Part shown: positions 31,119-42,176 of the stretch, one piece after another | Position numbering within the stretch: position 1 is the stretch's first letter | How the letters are laid out: the number at the start of each line of letters is the position of its first letter | NCBI GenBank assembly: GCA_944389125.1 | Contig: CALXLF010000002.1 | Location: forward strand, 164,588 to 228,587 | Length of the DNA: 64,000 nucleotides | DNA from: an uncultured Clostridia bacterium | GTDB taxonomy: Bacteria > Bacillota > Clostridia > TANB77 > CAG-508 | Reading direction: 5' to 3' | Translations under genes and position numbers: made by a program | Notes under the pieces: model-generated | Database searches by the model: none | Told to the model about the DNA's origin: nothing | Seen by the model: only the letters and a program-made list of their open reading frames with translations

Positions 31119-32261
31119 TTATTCACTACTTAATAATCCACTATATTCTATTGAAGTTTCAACATTTACTTTAAATGTAGAGTATTTATAAATTGATGGC
31201 CAATTTATTTTATTGTATTCATCTAATGTTAGATATTTTGAAGATATAATGTTTTTAAAATTACAAATATCTAAATTATATTCTTGTGAAATTTTATATA
31301 AAAAGTTTAAACAGATTTCTTCTATATATTTATTAGCTGCGTCTTCTAAAATTTTAATATTTTCAGTTGATTCATAATTAAAATAGTCATTCATACTGTT
31401 TATTGAGCATTCAAAATTCATATCAATTTGAATATATGGATAACCATTAACTAAATCTATTTTTATTTTAGTGTTCTTTTTAGGTGAAAGAGATAAATCT
31501 ATATATTTATCAGGGTAAAATGGGTCAGTAATTGATATAGTACAAATATTTATATTGTTTGTGATAAATGAATAAGCTAAAGAATCTAAAACATCTAAAT
31601 TTGCTACAAATTTATCACCATCGAAAACTGCTATACCGACATTTTGTAAAATATCATCTGTAATCATAGCATATGTTGCTACAGGAGACGGAAATTCTAG
31701 ATTCATTTCATATAGAAAATCAATAATTTGTGGATTTATAGAATATCCTGTATAATCTGCAGAATCTACTAAAAATTCATATAGTTTTGATGAAAAGGTT
31801 TCATCTGAATTTGATATACATTCTAAAGCTTTTACTGCTGTTGTATTGCTTATTATAATTTTACAAGTTGGACGAATTTCAGAATTATTAGCAAGAGTTG
31901 TTATATAAGAATTTATACCTTCTTTTGCAATATCTTCTGAAAAAATAACTGCAGAGCAATGAGAAAAGTTTAATTTTTTACTTAGGTAATTATCAAAAAC
32001 GCTAATTCCAGAAGTAAGATTTAGTGCTTCTGTAGTGTAAATTTTAGATTCTGTGCTTTGAGATGAGTCACTTGAAGAATCTCCTGAAGTTGTAGCAATT
32101 TGAACACTTAAAGATATATTTTCGCTTCCATCAATTTTATCAATTCCAATAGCTACAACATAATAATAGTTTTCAATGTTATGGCTAGAAATATCAGAAC
32201 ATCCAGAAAATATAAATAAAGAGGCAAATAAAATTATTATAAGACTAAATTTTTTAATCAT
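31119..32261 (-). CDS. gerAC: spore germination protein, Ger(x)C lipoprotein family
   Basis: Lipoprotein signal ending FSGC, about 380 aa, and its position as the last gene of a ger operon. Confidence 0.7.
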   Translation of the reverse strand: MIKKFSLIIILFASLFIFSGCSDISSHNIENYYYVVAIGIDKIDGSENISLSVQIATTSGDSSSDSSQSTESKIYTTEALNLTSGISVFDNYLSKKLNFSHCSAVIFSEDIAKEGINSYITTLANNSEIRPTCKIIISNTTAVKALECISNSDETFSSKLYEFLVDSADYTGYSINPQIIDFLYEMNLEFPSPVATYAMITDDILQNVGIAVFDGDKFVANLDVLDSLAYSFITNNINICTISITDPFYPDKYIDLSLSPKKNTKIKIDLVNGYPYIQIDMNFECSINSMNDYFNYESTENIKILEDAANKYIEEICLNFLYKISQEYNLDICNFKNIISSKYLTLDEYNKINWPSIYKYSTFKVNVETSIEYSGLLSSE

Positions 32262-33365
32262 ATTTTTTTATTAATTTTCTCCTTCTTTTTAAATTTCCTA
32301 ATAATAAAATAATAAAACAGATTCCGTATAAGCATCATATAAAAATATTTTAAAACATTATTTTCTAGAAATCTTATTATATTAAATTTGTTTGTAAGTA
32401 AACAAAAACCTAGAATTATTGAGACTATTGGAAAAACAGTTTGTCTTTTATCTTCAAAAACAAATAATTTATTTAAAACATGTGAAGCTGAATAAACTAG
32501 AAAGGCAATATATCCGAAAATACTAAAAGCCCAAATAAATAAAAATAATACATCAGTTTGTTTTATAAAAGAGTTTAATTGTATACTTCTAGTTATTAAA
32601 TAAATTGTACTTATATTGTTTGATGTAGAAATTTCTTTTGTAACTAGAGTAGGAAAAAGTGAAAGTATTGCAATTACAGATATAATCATTAAAACTATAT
32701 TTACTATAAATGATATTATTATAATTGATTTAAAGTCATTCTTCTTTTTTAAGTTTGGTAATAAGAAAAAATATATCCATAAAAAGTTTAGAATACATAG
32801 ATTTTGCAGACCTGTAATAAAAGTTGTTGAATAATTATATCCAAAAATTGGAGAAAAATTATATACATCAAAATTATCAGTTGATCCAACTCCTAAAAAG
32901 ATAATGCTAAGTATGATTAAAGGAATAAAAATACAAATTATCTTTTTAATTGCATCAAATCCGTCTTAAATTTGAAAATATTATTACTGCTATAAAAAAT
33001 AAAACAATAAATAGAGTTGAATAATTACTAAAATATAAACTCTTAACAAGATATGTGAAATTTGAAATCGCTATAATTGTTGATAATAAAAAGAAAATTA
33101 TAAATATTACTGAAAGTATAAATTTTAAAATATTTCCACCTAAAGTTTCAGCAATATCTAAAATATCCATACTAGGAAAGTTTTTTAGTAATTTATATAT
33201 TATAAAGCAAAATATTAAACCAATTAATGATATATAAATAATATTTACAATAGTTCCTGTTCCAGTTAAATTAATTAGATATTCTGGCATATCTAAAATT
33301 ATTCCACTTGCTGTAATAATTATAAGAAGAGATATAGCTTCAAATTTACTTAGTTTATCTTTCAA
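32258..33365 (-). pseudogene. gerAB: spore germination protein Ger(x)B (APC-family permease), reading frame broken once near 32945-32960
   Basis: TTG start after AAGGAGGA. The N-terminal 136 aa (MKDKLSKFEAISLLIIITASG...) ends at a TGA. The remaining 220 or so aa continue in the +1 frame (DGFDAIKKIICIFIPLI ... MIISVIAILSLFPTLVTKE...) into the annotated 143-aa ORF. Confidence 0.6.
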
Positions 33366-33380
33366 GAATAAATTCCTCCT

Positions 33381-35009
33381 TATTTTTCAGTTTTCCATGA
33401 CATACTAATTTCAGATGATTTCTCAGGTCTTTTTGTATTTAATAGCCTAATTCTTTTGCTTTCTTTCCAAATTGGTTTAACAGGATATGAAGAAGCACTG
33501 TTATATAAAAGTATTGGAACACCAAAAGATTTTGTTGATAAAAGATAGCAAAGATGTATGAAAATTCCAGCTGTAATTCCAAATAGACCGACAAATATAT
33601 CCTAAAATTATATATATAAATCTAAAAATTCTTACTGAAAATGCAAAAGAAAAGTCGGGTATAGCAAATTCTGAAATTCCTGTTAATGCAATTACTATAA
33701 CTAAAATTGGGCTAACTATATTTGCAGTGACTGCAGCTTCGCCTAAGATAAGAGCACCTACAATACCTATCGCTTGTCCAAATGCAGATGGTACACGAAT
33801 ACCTGCTTCTCTAATTAATTCAAAAGAAACTTCCATTAATAAAATTTCAAAAATTATTGGAAATGGAATTTTTTCTCTTGCAGCAACAATTGCAAATAGC
33901 AGCTCAGATGGTAAAAATTCATCATGAAATATGGTTAAGGCTATATATAGGCTTGGTAAAAGCAAAGTTATAAAAAGTGCTATTACTCTAATTACTTTTA
34001 AAAAATTTGCAAAGAAATAATTTAAGTTTAGATCTTCACTTGATGATAGAAAATCTAATAAAAGAGCTGGAACAATTAGACTATAAGGTGAACCATTTAC
34101 TAAAATCGCAACTCTTCCACCAAGTAAAAATTCAGCAGTTCTATCAGGTCTTTCTGTTGCAATAACTTCAGGGTAAATATTGTTTAAATCATCTTTTATT
34201 AAGTTTTCTAGTTGTCCTGATGATATCAAACTATCAATATTTAGTCCATTTATTCTAAATTTAACTTCAGAGACTAAATCTTCATTAGTAATATCTTTCA
34301 TATAACAAAGAGCAACAGCTGTTTTTGTGATTTTTCCAACATTTAAATTTTCTATAACAAGATTCTCATTATTTATAATTTTTCTAAGTAAAGAAGTGTT
34401 TGTACGAATATTTTCAACAAAAGACTCATGAGAACCACGTACAACATTTTCAGCTTTAGGTTCTGTTATACTTCTGCCTTCTAATTTTTTTACTTCAATA
34501 CATAAACAGCAATCTAAAGTATCAACAAATAAAGCGCAAAATCCTGAATTTACTTTATTAAAAATATTTTCGAATTCTTTTTCTATTGAAATAACATTTT
34601 GAGTAATTATATTTTTTAATAGAAAATCTTTTAAATCAAATTTTTTTACATCAAGTAATTTTACTTTAGATTGAGAAGGTGACATTTTTATAGAATTTCT
34701 TAAAAGAAGAGGAGAGAGTATAGAATTATTAATTGATTCTGAGTTTACTAGTCCATCTATAAATAATAAACAAGCTTTAAATTTTTTATTAGAAACAGTT
34801 ATTTCAAATTCATGTAAATTTATATCACTATTTATTAATAGATTATATTTTGTTTTTATAACTTTAATATTTTTATCATATTCAGTAGAAACATATTTTT
34901 CAGAAGGCTCTTTTGAGATGACATTATTTGGAGAATTTGGAATAATAAAGTCATCTTTTCTTTGTGGCTTATATGAAAATATGTTTGAAAAAATACTTTT
35001 TAAATTCAT
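33381..35009 (-). pseudogene. gerAA: spore germination protein Ger(x)A, frameshift near 33594-33605 separating the last 80 or so aa
   Basis: The main ORF ends ...ILGYI followed by out-of-frame residues. The +1 frame continues with the typical GerA C-terminus FVGLFGITAGIFIHLCYLLSTKSFGVPILLYNSASSYP..., ending just before the gerAB RBS. Confidence 0.65.
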
Positions 35010-35161
35010 TTATGTCCTCCTAATTTCTAAAATTTAGTATGCACATAAACTGTAAAAAAATTCATGTAATAAAAATGTAATAAAAAAAGTATTGATAATT
35101 TAAAAAAATTTAGATAGAATAAATTAAAATATAATAGGTTTTTAACCAGAAAGAAGAAATT

Positions 35162-35455
35162 ATGAGAGATAATAAAGGTGCAATTGCAATATTTACATTA
35201 CTTGCCATGTTATTTTTTTTAATATTTATTATGGCAGCTTATATTAATATAGCTTCAAAAACTCAAACTCAAGTTGAAACAACTGGGGTATTAGTAGAGA
35301 GTTATAAATCGGATTCTGATTCTAGTGCTATTTTAAATCAAATGATGGCTGGAAATCTTGAATCTAATAATATAAAAACAGATGATGAAAATAGTGTTTC
35401 AAATCAAACTGGTAAATATATTGTAATTGATGGAAAAATTTATAATATACCTTAA
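35162..35455 (+). CDS. small membrane-anchored hypothetical protein
   Basis: 97 aa with an N-terminal TM helix, upstream of spoIVA. Confidence 0.35.
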   Translation: MRDNKGAIAIFTLLAMLFFLIFIMAAYINIASKTQTQVETTGVLVESYKSDSDSSAILNQMMAGNLESNNIKTDDENSVSNQTGKYIVIDGKIYNIP

Positions 35456-35528
35456 AAAATAGTAATAAAAAAATAAGACCCTAATATACTTGTATTAAAG
35501 ATGTACTTGTATAGGAGGGTTATTTTTT

Positions 35529-37007
35529 ATGGAGAATTTAAGTGTATATCAAGATATATCAGAAAGAACTGGTGGAGATATATATATTGGAGTGGTGGGA
35601 CCTGTAAGAACTGGAAAATCTACATTTATTAAGAATTTTATGGAACTTTTGGTTTTGCCAAATATTGATGATGTATACAAAAGAGAAAGAGCAATTGATG
35701 AACTTCCTCAAAGTGCTGGTGGAAAAACTATAATGACAACAGAGCCAAAATTTATTCCAAATGAAGCTGTTTCGATTAATTTAGAAGATAATGTAAAAAT
35801 GAAAGCAAGACTTGTTGATTGTGTTGGATATTTAGTAAATAACGCAATAGGCTATATGGAAAATGATATGCCAAGAATGGTAAAAACTCCTTGGTCTGAT
35901 GATGAGATGCCTTTTGAACTAGCTGCAGAATTAGGTACTAAAAAGGTTATAACTGAACATTCAACAATTGGAATAGTTGTCACAACAGATGGTAGTATAA
36001 CAGATATACCAAGAGAAGATTATATTCAAGCAGAAGAAAGAGTAGTCACAGAATTAAAAGAGCTAAATAAACCTTTTGTTATGATTCTAAATACAGCTTT
36101 TCCATATAGTGATGAAACAGCTTCTTTGGCAAAATCATTAGAAGATAGGTATCAAACTCAAGTAATACCAATGAGTTGCTTAAATATGACTTTAGCAGAT
36201 GTTAATAATATTTTTACTAAATTATTATATGAATTTTTAATTGAGAGAATTAATATAAAGCTTCCAAGATGGGTAAGTGGATTAAGTATTGATAACAGTT
36301 TAAAACAAGAGTTGTTTGAGAAAATAAAAGATACTTTTAAAGATGTAAAAAGAATAAAAGATGTTAAAGAAAATTATACTTTGCTTTTGGAAAATGAAAA
36401 TATTAAGAAAGTGGAAATTGCAGAAATTAATTTAGGAACCGGTGTTATTACAATAAATGTAGAACTTGAAGATAGTCTATTTTATAGTATTCTAAGCGAG
36501 ATTACAGGAGTTCAAATTGAAAATGAAGGAGAATTATTTAATTGTATAACTAATTTTGCAAAAGTTAAAAAAGAATATGATAAGATGGAATATGCTATTC
36601 ATGAAGTTAATGAAAGAGGATATGGAATTGTAACTCCAACAATGGATGATTTGATTTTAGAAGAACCAGAAATTGTAAAACAAGGTCAAAAGTATGGAGT
36701 AAAATTAAAAGCTAAAGCTCCATCAATTCATATGTTAAAAATAGATACAGAAACAGAAATCTCACCAATTGTTGGAAGTGAAAAGCAATCAGAAGAGCTT
36801 GTAAAATATTTGCTTGAAGAATTCGAAAGTGACCCTAAAAAAATATGGGAATCTAATATTTTTGGAAAGAGTATACATGAACTTGTAAATGAAGGTCTTC
36901 AAAATAAGCTTTCTAGAATGCCTGAAGATGCACAAAACAAATTAAGAGAAACTCTTCAGAGAATAGTCAATGAAGGAAGCGGAGGTCTTATCTGTATAAT
37001 TTTATAA
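35529..37007 (+). CDS. spoIVA: stage IV sporulation protein A (spore-coat morphogenetic ATPase)
   Basis: N-terminus YQDISERTGGDIYIGVVGPVRTGKSTFIKNFMELLVLPNI matches the SpoIVA Walker-A region. Length is 492 aa. Confidence 0.95.
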   Translation: MENLSVYQDISERTGGDIYIGVVGPVRTGKSTFIKNFMELLVLPNIDDVYKRERAIDELPQSAGGKTIMTTEPKFIPNEAVSINLEDNVKMKARLVDCVGYLVNNAIGYMENDMPRMVKTPWSDDEMPFELAAELGTKKVITEHSTIGIVVTTDGSITDIPREDYIQAEERVVTELKELNKPFVMILNTAFPYSDETASLAKSLEDRYQTQVIPMSCLNMTLADVNNIFTKLLYEFLIERINIKLPRWVSGLSIDNSLKQELFEKIKDTFKDVKRIKDVKENYTLLLENENIKKVEIAEINLGTGVITINVELEDSLFYSILSEITGVQIENEGELFNCITNFAKVKKEYDKMEYAIHEVNERGYGIVTPTMDDLILEEPEIVKQGQKYGVKLKAKAPSIHMLKIDTETEISPIVGSEKQSEELVKYLLEEFESDPKKIWESNIFGKSIHELVNEGLQNKLSRMPEDAQNKLRETLQRIVNEGSGGLICIIL

Positions 37008-37015
37008 AAAATCAA

Positions 37016-37052
37016 TGAACTTTAGGAATTATCTCTAAAGTTCATTCTTTTT
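37016..37052 (+). terminator. terminator hairpin, second copy of the TGAACTTTAGG ... CTAAAGTTCA palindromic repeat
   Basis: TGAACTTTAGGAATTATCTCTAAAGTTCA followed by TTCTTTTT. Then GGACACTTG appears twice (GGGACACTTGTGCTTTTTGGACACTTGG), echoing the GGACA(T/C) motifs at 20288-20340. Confidence 0.6.
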
Positions 37053-37180
37053 GGGACACTTGTGCTTTTTGGACACTTGGAAAAAGCAATTATAATTTTT
37101 ATTATATTTTGTTGTTAAAAAAATCCTTTTATGATAATATATATTTGTTAAAATATTTTGTTATTAAAAGGGGATTTTAT

Positions 37181-38458
37181 ATGGGAAAAAAGAAAAGAAA
37201 AAAGATAATAAAAAGAAGGGCACTCTTACTTATTTTAATTGCTATTGTTATAATTTTTGGAATTGCAGAGCTTCAAAAACTTTTTAAGAATATTATAGAA
37301 AAAAATGGACAAGTTGCAACACAAAATACTCAAAATGAAACTGAAGAAGAAGTTGTACCTGAAGATATAACAATTAATATGAGCGTTATTGGAGATATAA
37401 TGTGTCATAATACAAATTATGAAGATGCATATAACAGTGATACTGATAGTTACGATTTTTCTTATGTTTTTCAAGATATATCAAAATATTTTGAAGGTGA
37501 TGATATAACTATTGGAAATTTAGAAACAACTTTAGCAGGAAAAGAGATAGGATATAGTAGTTATCCAACATTTAATACTCCAGAGATTTTAGCTACTAAT
37601 TTAAAAGATTTAGGAGTTGATGTTTTAGCAACAGCAAATAATCATTCATTAGATAAAGGATATGTTGGAATAGAAAATACAATTGCTGAGCTAGATAAAG
37701 TAGGTATAGCTCATACTGGAACATATACTTCACAAGAATCATCAGAACAATATTTAGTAAAAGATGTAAATGGTATAAATATTGCATTTTTAGATTATAC
37801 ATATGGAACTAATGGAATTGCAATTCCATCAGGAAGAGAATATTGTATTAATTTGATTGATAAAGATAAAATAAAAAGTGATCTAGACAATCTTAAAGCT
37901 ATGGAAAATGTAGATATAATTTGTGTAATGATACATTGGGGAACAGAGTATAGATTAACTCCAACAGATGAACAAGAAGAATTAGCTAATTTTATGTTTG
38001 AAAATGGAGCAGATATAATACTTGGCGGACATTCTCACTGTTTAGAGCCAATGGAAAAAAGAACTATAACATTAGAAGATGGAACAACAAAAGATGGATT
38101 TATAATTTATTCATTAGGTAATTTTATGTCAGGACAAAATAAAGCATATACCAGACAATCTGTAATTTTACAATTACAAATAACAAAAGATGGAGAAACA
38201 GGAAAAATTACAATAGATAAAGTAGATTATGTTCCAATTTATATGTATAACTATTCTTCACCTAAAGGTGCACATAATTTTAAAATTTTAGATATTGAAT
38301 CAGAAATTTCAAAATATGAATCAGGAGATACTTCTATTGGAAGTAGTTTATATAGTACATTGAAAACTGAACTTGGTCAGATTCAAGAAATATTAGGACC
38401 TGAAATTGAAAGTAATAATAGTAATGATGAATTAGTTCAAGAAGAAAATTTACAATAA
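37181..38458 (+). CDS. CapA/PgsA-family metallophosphoesterase-like capsule (poly-gamma-glutamate) synthesis protein
   Basis: N-terminal TM helix, then MSVIGDIMCH ... IGNLETTLAG ... LATANNHSLDKG motifs of the CapA family. Confidence 0.7.
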   Translation: MGKKKRKKIIKRRALLLILIAIVIIFGIAELQKLFKNIIEKNGQVATQNTQNETEEEVVPEDITINMSVIGDIMCHNTNYEDAYNSDTDSYDFSYVFQDISKYFEGDDITIGNLETTLAGKEIGYSSYPTFNTPEILATNLKDLGVDVLATANNHSLDKGYVGIENTIAELDKVGIAHTGTYTSQESSEQYLVKDVNGINIAFLDYTYGTNGIAIPSGREYCINLIDKDKIKSDLDNLKAMENVDIICVMIHWGTEYRLTPTDEQEELANFMFENGADIILGGHSHCLEPMEKRTITLEDGTTKDGFIIYSLGNFMSGQNKAYTRQSVILQLQITKDGETGKITIDKVDYVPIYMYNYSSPKGAHNFKILDIESEISKYESGDTSIGSSLYSTLKTELGQIQEILGPEIESNNSNDELVQEENLQ

Positions 38459-38482
38459 ATTTAATAATAAAAGGAGGAATGT

Positions 38483-40300
38483 ATGAAAAAGACGAAAATC
38501 TTAATTGCAATAGTTATAATTATTGCAATAGTTATTATGGCCATATTAATTTTGCAAAAGTTGGACATAATAAGAATTAGCAAAAATGGAGTTAAATTAG
38601 GGAATACAGTAACTGGGAAAATTGATGATTGGATTTATGAACCAGGAGAAGTAGAAGAAGGTGGATGGTGGCAAAGCACTGTAAGTACTTTTAGTTCTAC
38701 TACAGATTCTTCATTTGCAGGTATGTCATCATCTTCAAGTTATAACAGTGACTCATATTTAGGATATTCAACAGGAGGAGCAAAAGATATTAGTAATTTT
38801 AGGGAAAATATTGAAAATGATTATTTTCCAATAATGTCAGATTTAACATATGAAGGAATTTTTTATGATTATTATTTTGATACAGGAAATAGTGGAGAAG
38901 CTTCTGATGAAATGTTTTATCCTTCATATTCTACAGCTGTTTCAAATGACCCAATTTCAGGAGAAAAGGAATATTATTTATCAGTAGGTTTGAATTCTAA
39001 TATAAAAGAAAGTGATTTCAAAAGAAAAAAATTGAATCTGGTTGTTGTATTAGATATTTCAGGTTCTATGAGTTCATCATTTGATTCTTATTATTATGAT
39101 ATGGATAGCGAAGATACAGATAAAGAAAATTCAAAATCTAAAATGGAACTTGCAAAAGAATCTTTAAATATTTTAATAGACCAATTAAATGAAGATGATA
39201 GCCTAGGAATAGTACTATTTGAATCAAGTGCACATTTAGCAAAACCACTTAATAAATTAAGTGATGTTGATATGGATGCAATTAAAAATCATATTTTAGA
39301 TGATATTGAACCTTTAGGTGGAACGAATTTTGAAGACGGATATGAAGAAGCAACAGATTTATTTGAAGATTATGAACTTACTAATTCTGATGAATATGAA
39401 AATAGAATAATAGTAATAACTGATGCAATGCCAAATTATGGAACTACAACAAAAGATGGATTACTTTCATATGTTGAGGATAATGCAGATAATGGAATTT
39501 ATACTACTTTTATAGGAGTTGGTGTAGATTTTAATACAGAACTTGTAAAACAAATTAGTAGTGTAAGAGGTGGAAATTATTATTCAGTTTCATCAGCAGA
39601 AGATTTTAAAACTAGAATGGGTGAAGAATTTGAATATATGGTAACACCATTAGTTTTTGATTTGAATTTAGATTTAGAATCAGATGGATATGAAATAGCA
39701 GCAGTTTATGGAACAGATGATGTAGATGCTGAAGAAGGCAATATAATGCATGTAAATACTCTTTTCCCATCAAGTTCTAATAGTGATGAAGAAGTAAAAG
39801 GTGGATTAGTTCTTTTAAAACTTAGAAAATTAAATGATGAAGAAAATCCAGAGATAAATTTAAAAGTTACATATGAAGACACATCAGGAAAAGAACATTC
39901 AAATGAGCAATCTTTAACATTAAATTCTGATGAAAATTATTATGATAATACTGGAATTGAGAAAGGAATACTTTTAGCTAGATATGTAAATGTATTAAAA
40001 GATTGGATAGCTTATGAAAGAACAGAAAATGATGAATTTTTAATCAATAATAATACTGGTATTATAGAATGGGAAGATGTTAGTTCAGCATATAATTTAG
40101 ATGATGAAGAAGATGACGATTACTATTATTATAGTTATAGTAGTGAAAATGAAAGAACATCAGTAGATTTAACAGTAAGTGATAATTATAAAGAAATTTT
40201 TAGAACTTTTAGAGATTATATGAATAGTGAAATAAAAGCAATTGGTGATGATACATTAGAACAGGAGATTGAGATTTTAGATAAATTAATTAATGAATAA
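38483..40300 (+). CDS. membrane-anchored von Willebrand factor type A domain protein with a highly acidic C-terminal region
   Basis: TM helix, then a VWA MIDAS-like LNLVVVLDISGSMSS ... GGTNFEDGYEEA ... IIVITDAMPNYG region. The D/E/Y-rich tail is seen directly. Confidence 0.65.
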   Translation: MKKTKILIAIVIIIAIVIMAILILQKLDIIRISKNGVKLGNTVTGKIDDWIYEPGEVEEGGWWQSTVSTFSSTTDSSFAGMSSSSSYNSDSYLGYSTGGAKDISNFRENIENDYFPIMSDLTYEGIFYDYYFDTGNSGEASDEMFYPSYSTAVSNDPISGEKEYYLSVGLNSNIKESDFKRKKLNLVVVLDISGSMSSSFDSYYYDMDSEDTDKENSKSKMELAKESLNILIDQLNEDDSLGIVLFESSAHLAKPLNKLSDVDMDAIKNHILDDIEPLGGTNFEDGYEEATDLFEDYELTNSDEYENRIIVITDAMPNYGTTTKDGLLSYVEDNADNGIYTTFIGVGVDFNTELVKQISSVRGGNYYSVSSAEDFKTRMGEEFEYMVTPLVFDLNLDLESDGYEIAAVYGTDDVDAEEGNIMHVNTLFPSSSNSDEEVKGGLVLLKLRKLNDEENPEINLKVTYEDTSGKEHSNEQSLTLNSDENYYDNTGIEKGILLARYVNVLKDWIAYERTENDEFLINNNTGIIEWEDVSSAYNLDDEEDDDYYYYSYSSENERTSVDLTVSDNYKEIFRTFRDYMNSEIKAIGDDTLEQEIEILDKLINE

Positions 40301-40311
40301 AAATAAAAAGA

Positions 40312-40337
40312 CTGAAAATTTGATTTTCAGTCTTTTT
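40312..40337 (+). terminator. rho-independent terminator
   Basis: CTGAAAAT-TTG-ATTTTCAG followed by TCTTTTTTT. Confidence 0.7.
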
Positions 40338-40412
40338 TTGGCTGGGCTGGCTAGATTCGAACTAGCGCATGTCAGAGTCAAAGTCTGATGCCTTACCGCT
40401 TGGCTACAGCCC
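40338..40412 (-). tRNA. tRNA-Gln (anticodon UUG)
   Basis: Reverse complement folds as a canonical 75-nt tRNA. Acceptor TGGGCTG/CAGCCCA, D-arm GCCAAGCGGTAAGGC, anticodon loop CTTTGAC, T-arm GCTAG-TTCGAAT-CTAGC, and an encoded CCA. Confidence 0.85.
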
Positions 40413-40426
40413 AATATTTATTTTAG

Positions 40427-40504
40427 ATGGGGTGGAATGTGGGATTCGAACCCACGGTCTTCAGTGCCACAAACTGACGCGTTAACCAGCTACGCTAAAT
40501 CCAC
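40427..40504 (-). tRNA. tRNA-His (anticodon GUG) with G-1
   Basis: Reverse complement G-GTGGATT...TCAGT-TTGTGGC-ACTGA...GTGGG-TTCGAAT-CCCAC-ATTCCAC-C-CCA. The extra 5' G pairs with the C73 discriminator, and there is one U-U mismatch at 6:67. Confidence 0.8.
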
Positions 40505-40529
40505 CATTTACCCTCTCAAATCAGACTAT

Positions 40530-40562
40530 TTAATTTTAAAACAATATAGTGATTTTGTCAAG
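40530..40562 (-). promoter_or_regulatory. putative promoter of the tRNA-His/tRNA-Gln transcription unit
   Basis: On the minus strand, TTGACA, 17 nt, then TAAAAT, about 25 nt upstream of the tRNA-His 5' end. Confidence 0.45.
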
Positions 40563-40775
40563 AGTTTTTGTAATTTTTGTTGTATTTTCAAAACAAAATT
40601 GTTCCAAATTAGATGTAAAATGAAATTATGAATTAATGACAGATTTTAATAATATTTTGTATTTCATTAATAATTTATTAATTTTACTAAAAAATCTATT
40701 AATTATAGATTTTTATGTTATAATAAAAAGGTATAATTTATGTAAAATAGTATTATTTAAGAAAGGTGAGATTAT

Positions 40776-41495
40776 TTGAGTAGAAAAGAAAAATTAAAAG
40801 TTTTTAAAATCATATTAGCAATATTAGTTATAGTAATAATCATTGGAATAATTGCTTATTTATTTCCTTTAATAAAAAATATCTCTACTTTAGAAGGACA
40901 AGTTGCTTTTAAGGAAAAAGTTCAAGATACTGGAATTTTAGGAATGCTTTCTTTATTTGGACTGCAAGTTGCTCAAATATTTTTAATTATAATTCCAGGT
41001 GAACCAATAGAAATTCTAGCTGGAATGTGTTATGGAGCATTTTGGGGAACTGTTTTTGTTTTAATTTCTGCTTCTATAGTTTCAATAGCTATTTTTTTAC
41101 TTGTTAGAAAATTTGGAAGAAAATTTGTATATAGTTTTTATGATAAGAAAAAAGTTAAAAAAATAATAGATAGCAAATTATTTCAAAATTCAAAAACAGC
41201 AGAAAAAGTGTTATTTATATTATTTTTTATTCCAGGAACACCAAAAGATTTGTTAGTCTATATTTCAGGTCTTTTACCAATATCTACAAGAAAATTTATT
41301 TTTATTTCAATAATTGCAAGAATTCCATCTGTTTTGACATCTACTTTAGCAGGTTCAAATATTATAAATGGAGATTGGAAAATTGGAATATTACTTTATA
41401 TTGGAATAATTCTTATTGCTTTAATTATTGTCTTTATAATGAATAAATTTGATAAAAATAAAATTGCTGAAAAAGCCATAAACACAATAAAATAG
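40776..41495 (+). CDS. TVP38/TMEM64 (DedA-related) family membrane protein
   Basis: GEPIEILAGMCYG ... FFIPGTPKDLL ... motifs. TTG start after AAAGGTGAG. Confidence 0.7.
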   Translation: MSRKEKLKVFKIILAILVIVIIIGIIAYLFPLIKNISTLEGQVAFKEKVQDTGILGMLSLFGLQVAQIFLIIIPGEPIEILAGMCYGAFWGTVFVLISASIVSIAIFLLVRKFGRKFVYSFYDKKKVKKIIDSKLFQNSKTAEKVLFILFFIPGTPKDLLVYISGLLPISTRKFIFISIIARIPSVLTSTLAGSNIINGDWKIGILLYIGIILIALIIVFIMNKFDKNKIAEKAINTIK

Positions 41496-41582
41496 AATTT
41501 GCTAAAAATATTGATAAAATGATTTACAAATAATAATATATTATATATAATAGTGTAAACAAAATTTAGGGGGATTAGAAAA

Positions 41583-42176
41583 ATGGAAAAACAAGAATTT
41601 AGCTTAAAAAAAGCAACAATTAGTTTTGCAATAAGATTTGTAATTTTTTGTATTATTTTTATGGTAATAGGAACAATTATTGCTCTTGTAATGTGGTCAT
41701 CTTCTTTTGATGAAAATACTAATGACCTTCAAGAAATGTTAGATGGATTAAGTAGTTTGGCATGGAAATTAGTAATTGTTGATGTAATTGTTGCATTATT
41801 ATCAACTTTAATTGCTACAAATGGTTCTACTAAAAAATATAAAATTACAGAGGATAATTGTAAAGCATTAAAGAAAAATGTAGTAATAGTTTTAGTTATT
41901 GTAGCTATAATTATTTTTATAGTACATATGTTAATAATAAATATGATAAATTCTATAGCATTAGAAGATATTGATGCAGATAGTTTATCAGAAATGATTG
42001 ATGATATTGATGACTATGCTGCAGATTTAGGATATTCAAGCAATGAACTTGATGTAGCAAGTGATGCATTAAAAAGTTTACAAACTTCTGAAAGAATTTA
42101 TGAATTTTCAGCAGTTGTATATTTAATTATGATACCAGTATCATTTGTTTTATTGAAAAAGAAAGTTGAAGAATAA
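41583..42176 (+). CDS. hypothetical membrane protein
   Basis: 197 aa with 3-4 TM helices and no recognisable motif. Confidence 0.4.
   Translation: MEKQEFSLKKATISFAIRFVIFCIIFMVIGTIIALVMWSSSFDENTNDLQEMLDGLSSLAWKLVIVDVIVALLSTLIATNGSTKKYKITEDNCKALKKNVVIVLVIVAIIIFIVHMLIINMINSIALEDIDADSLSEMIDDIDDYAADLGYSSNELDVASDALKSLQTSERIYEFSAVVYLIMIPVSFVLLKKKVEE

Noticed and set aside
40437-40631. 64-aa ORF
   Set aside because: It overlaps tRNA-His on the opposite strand.
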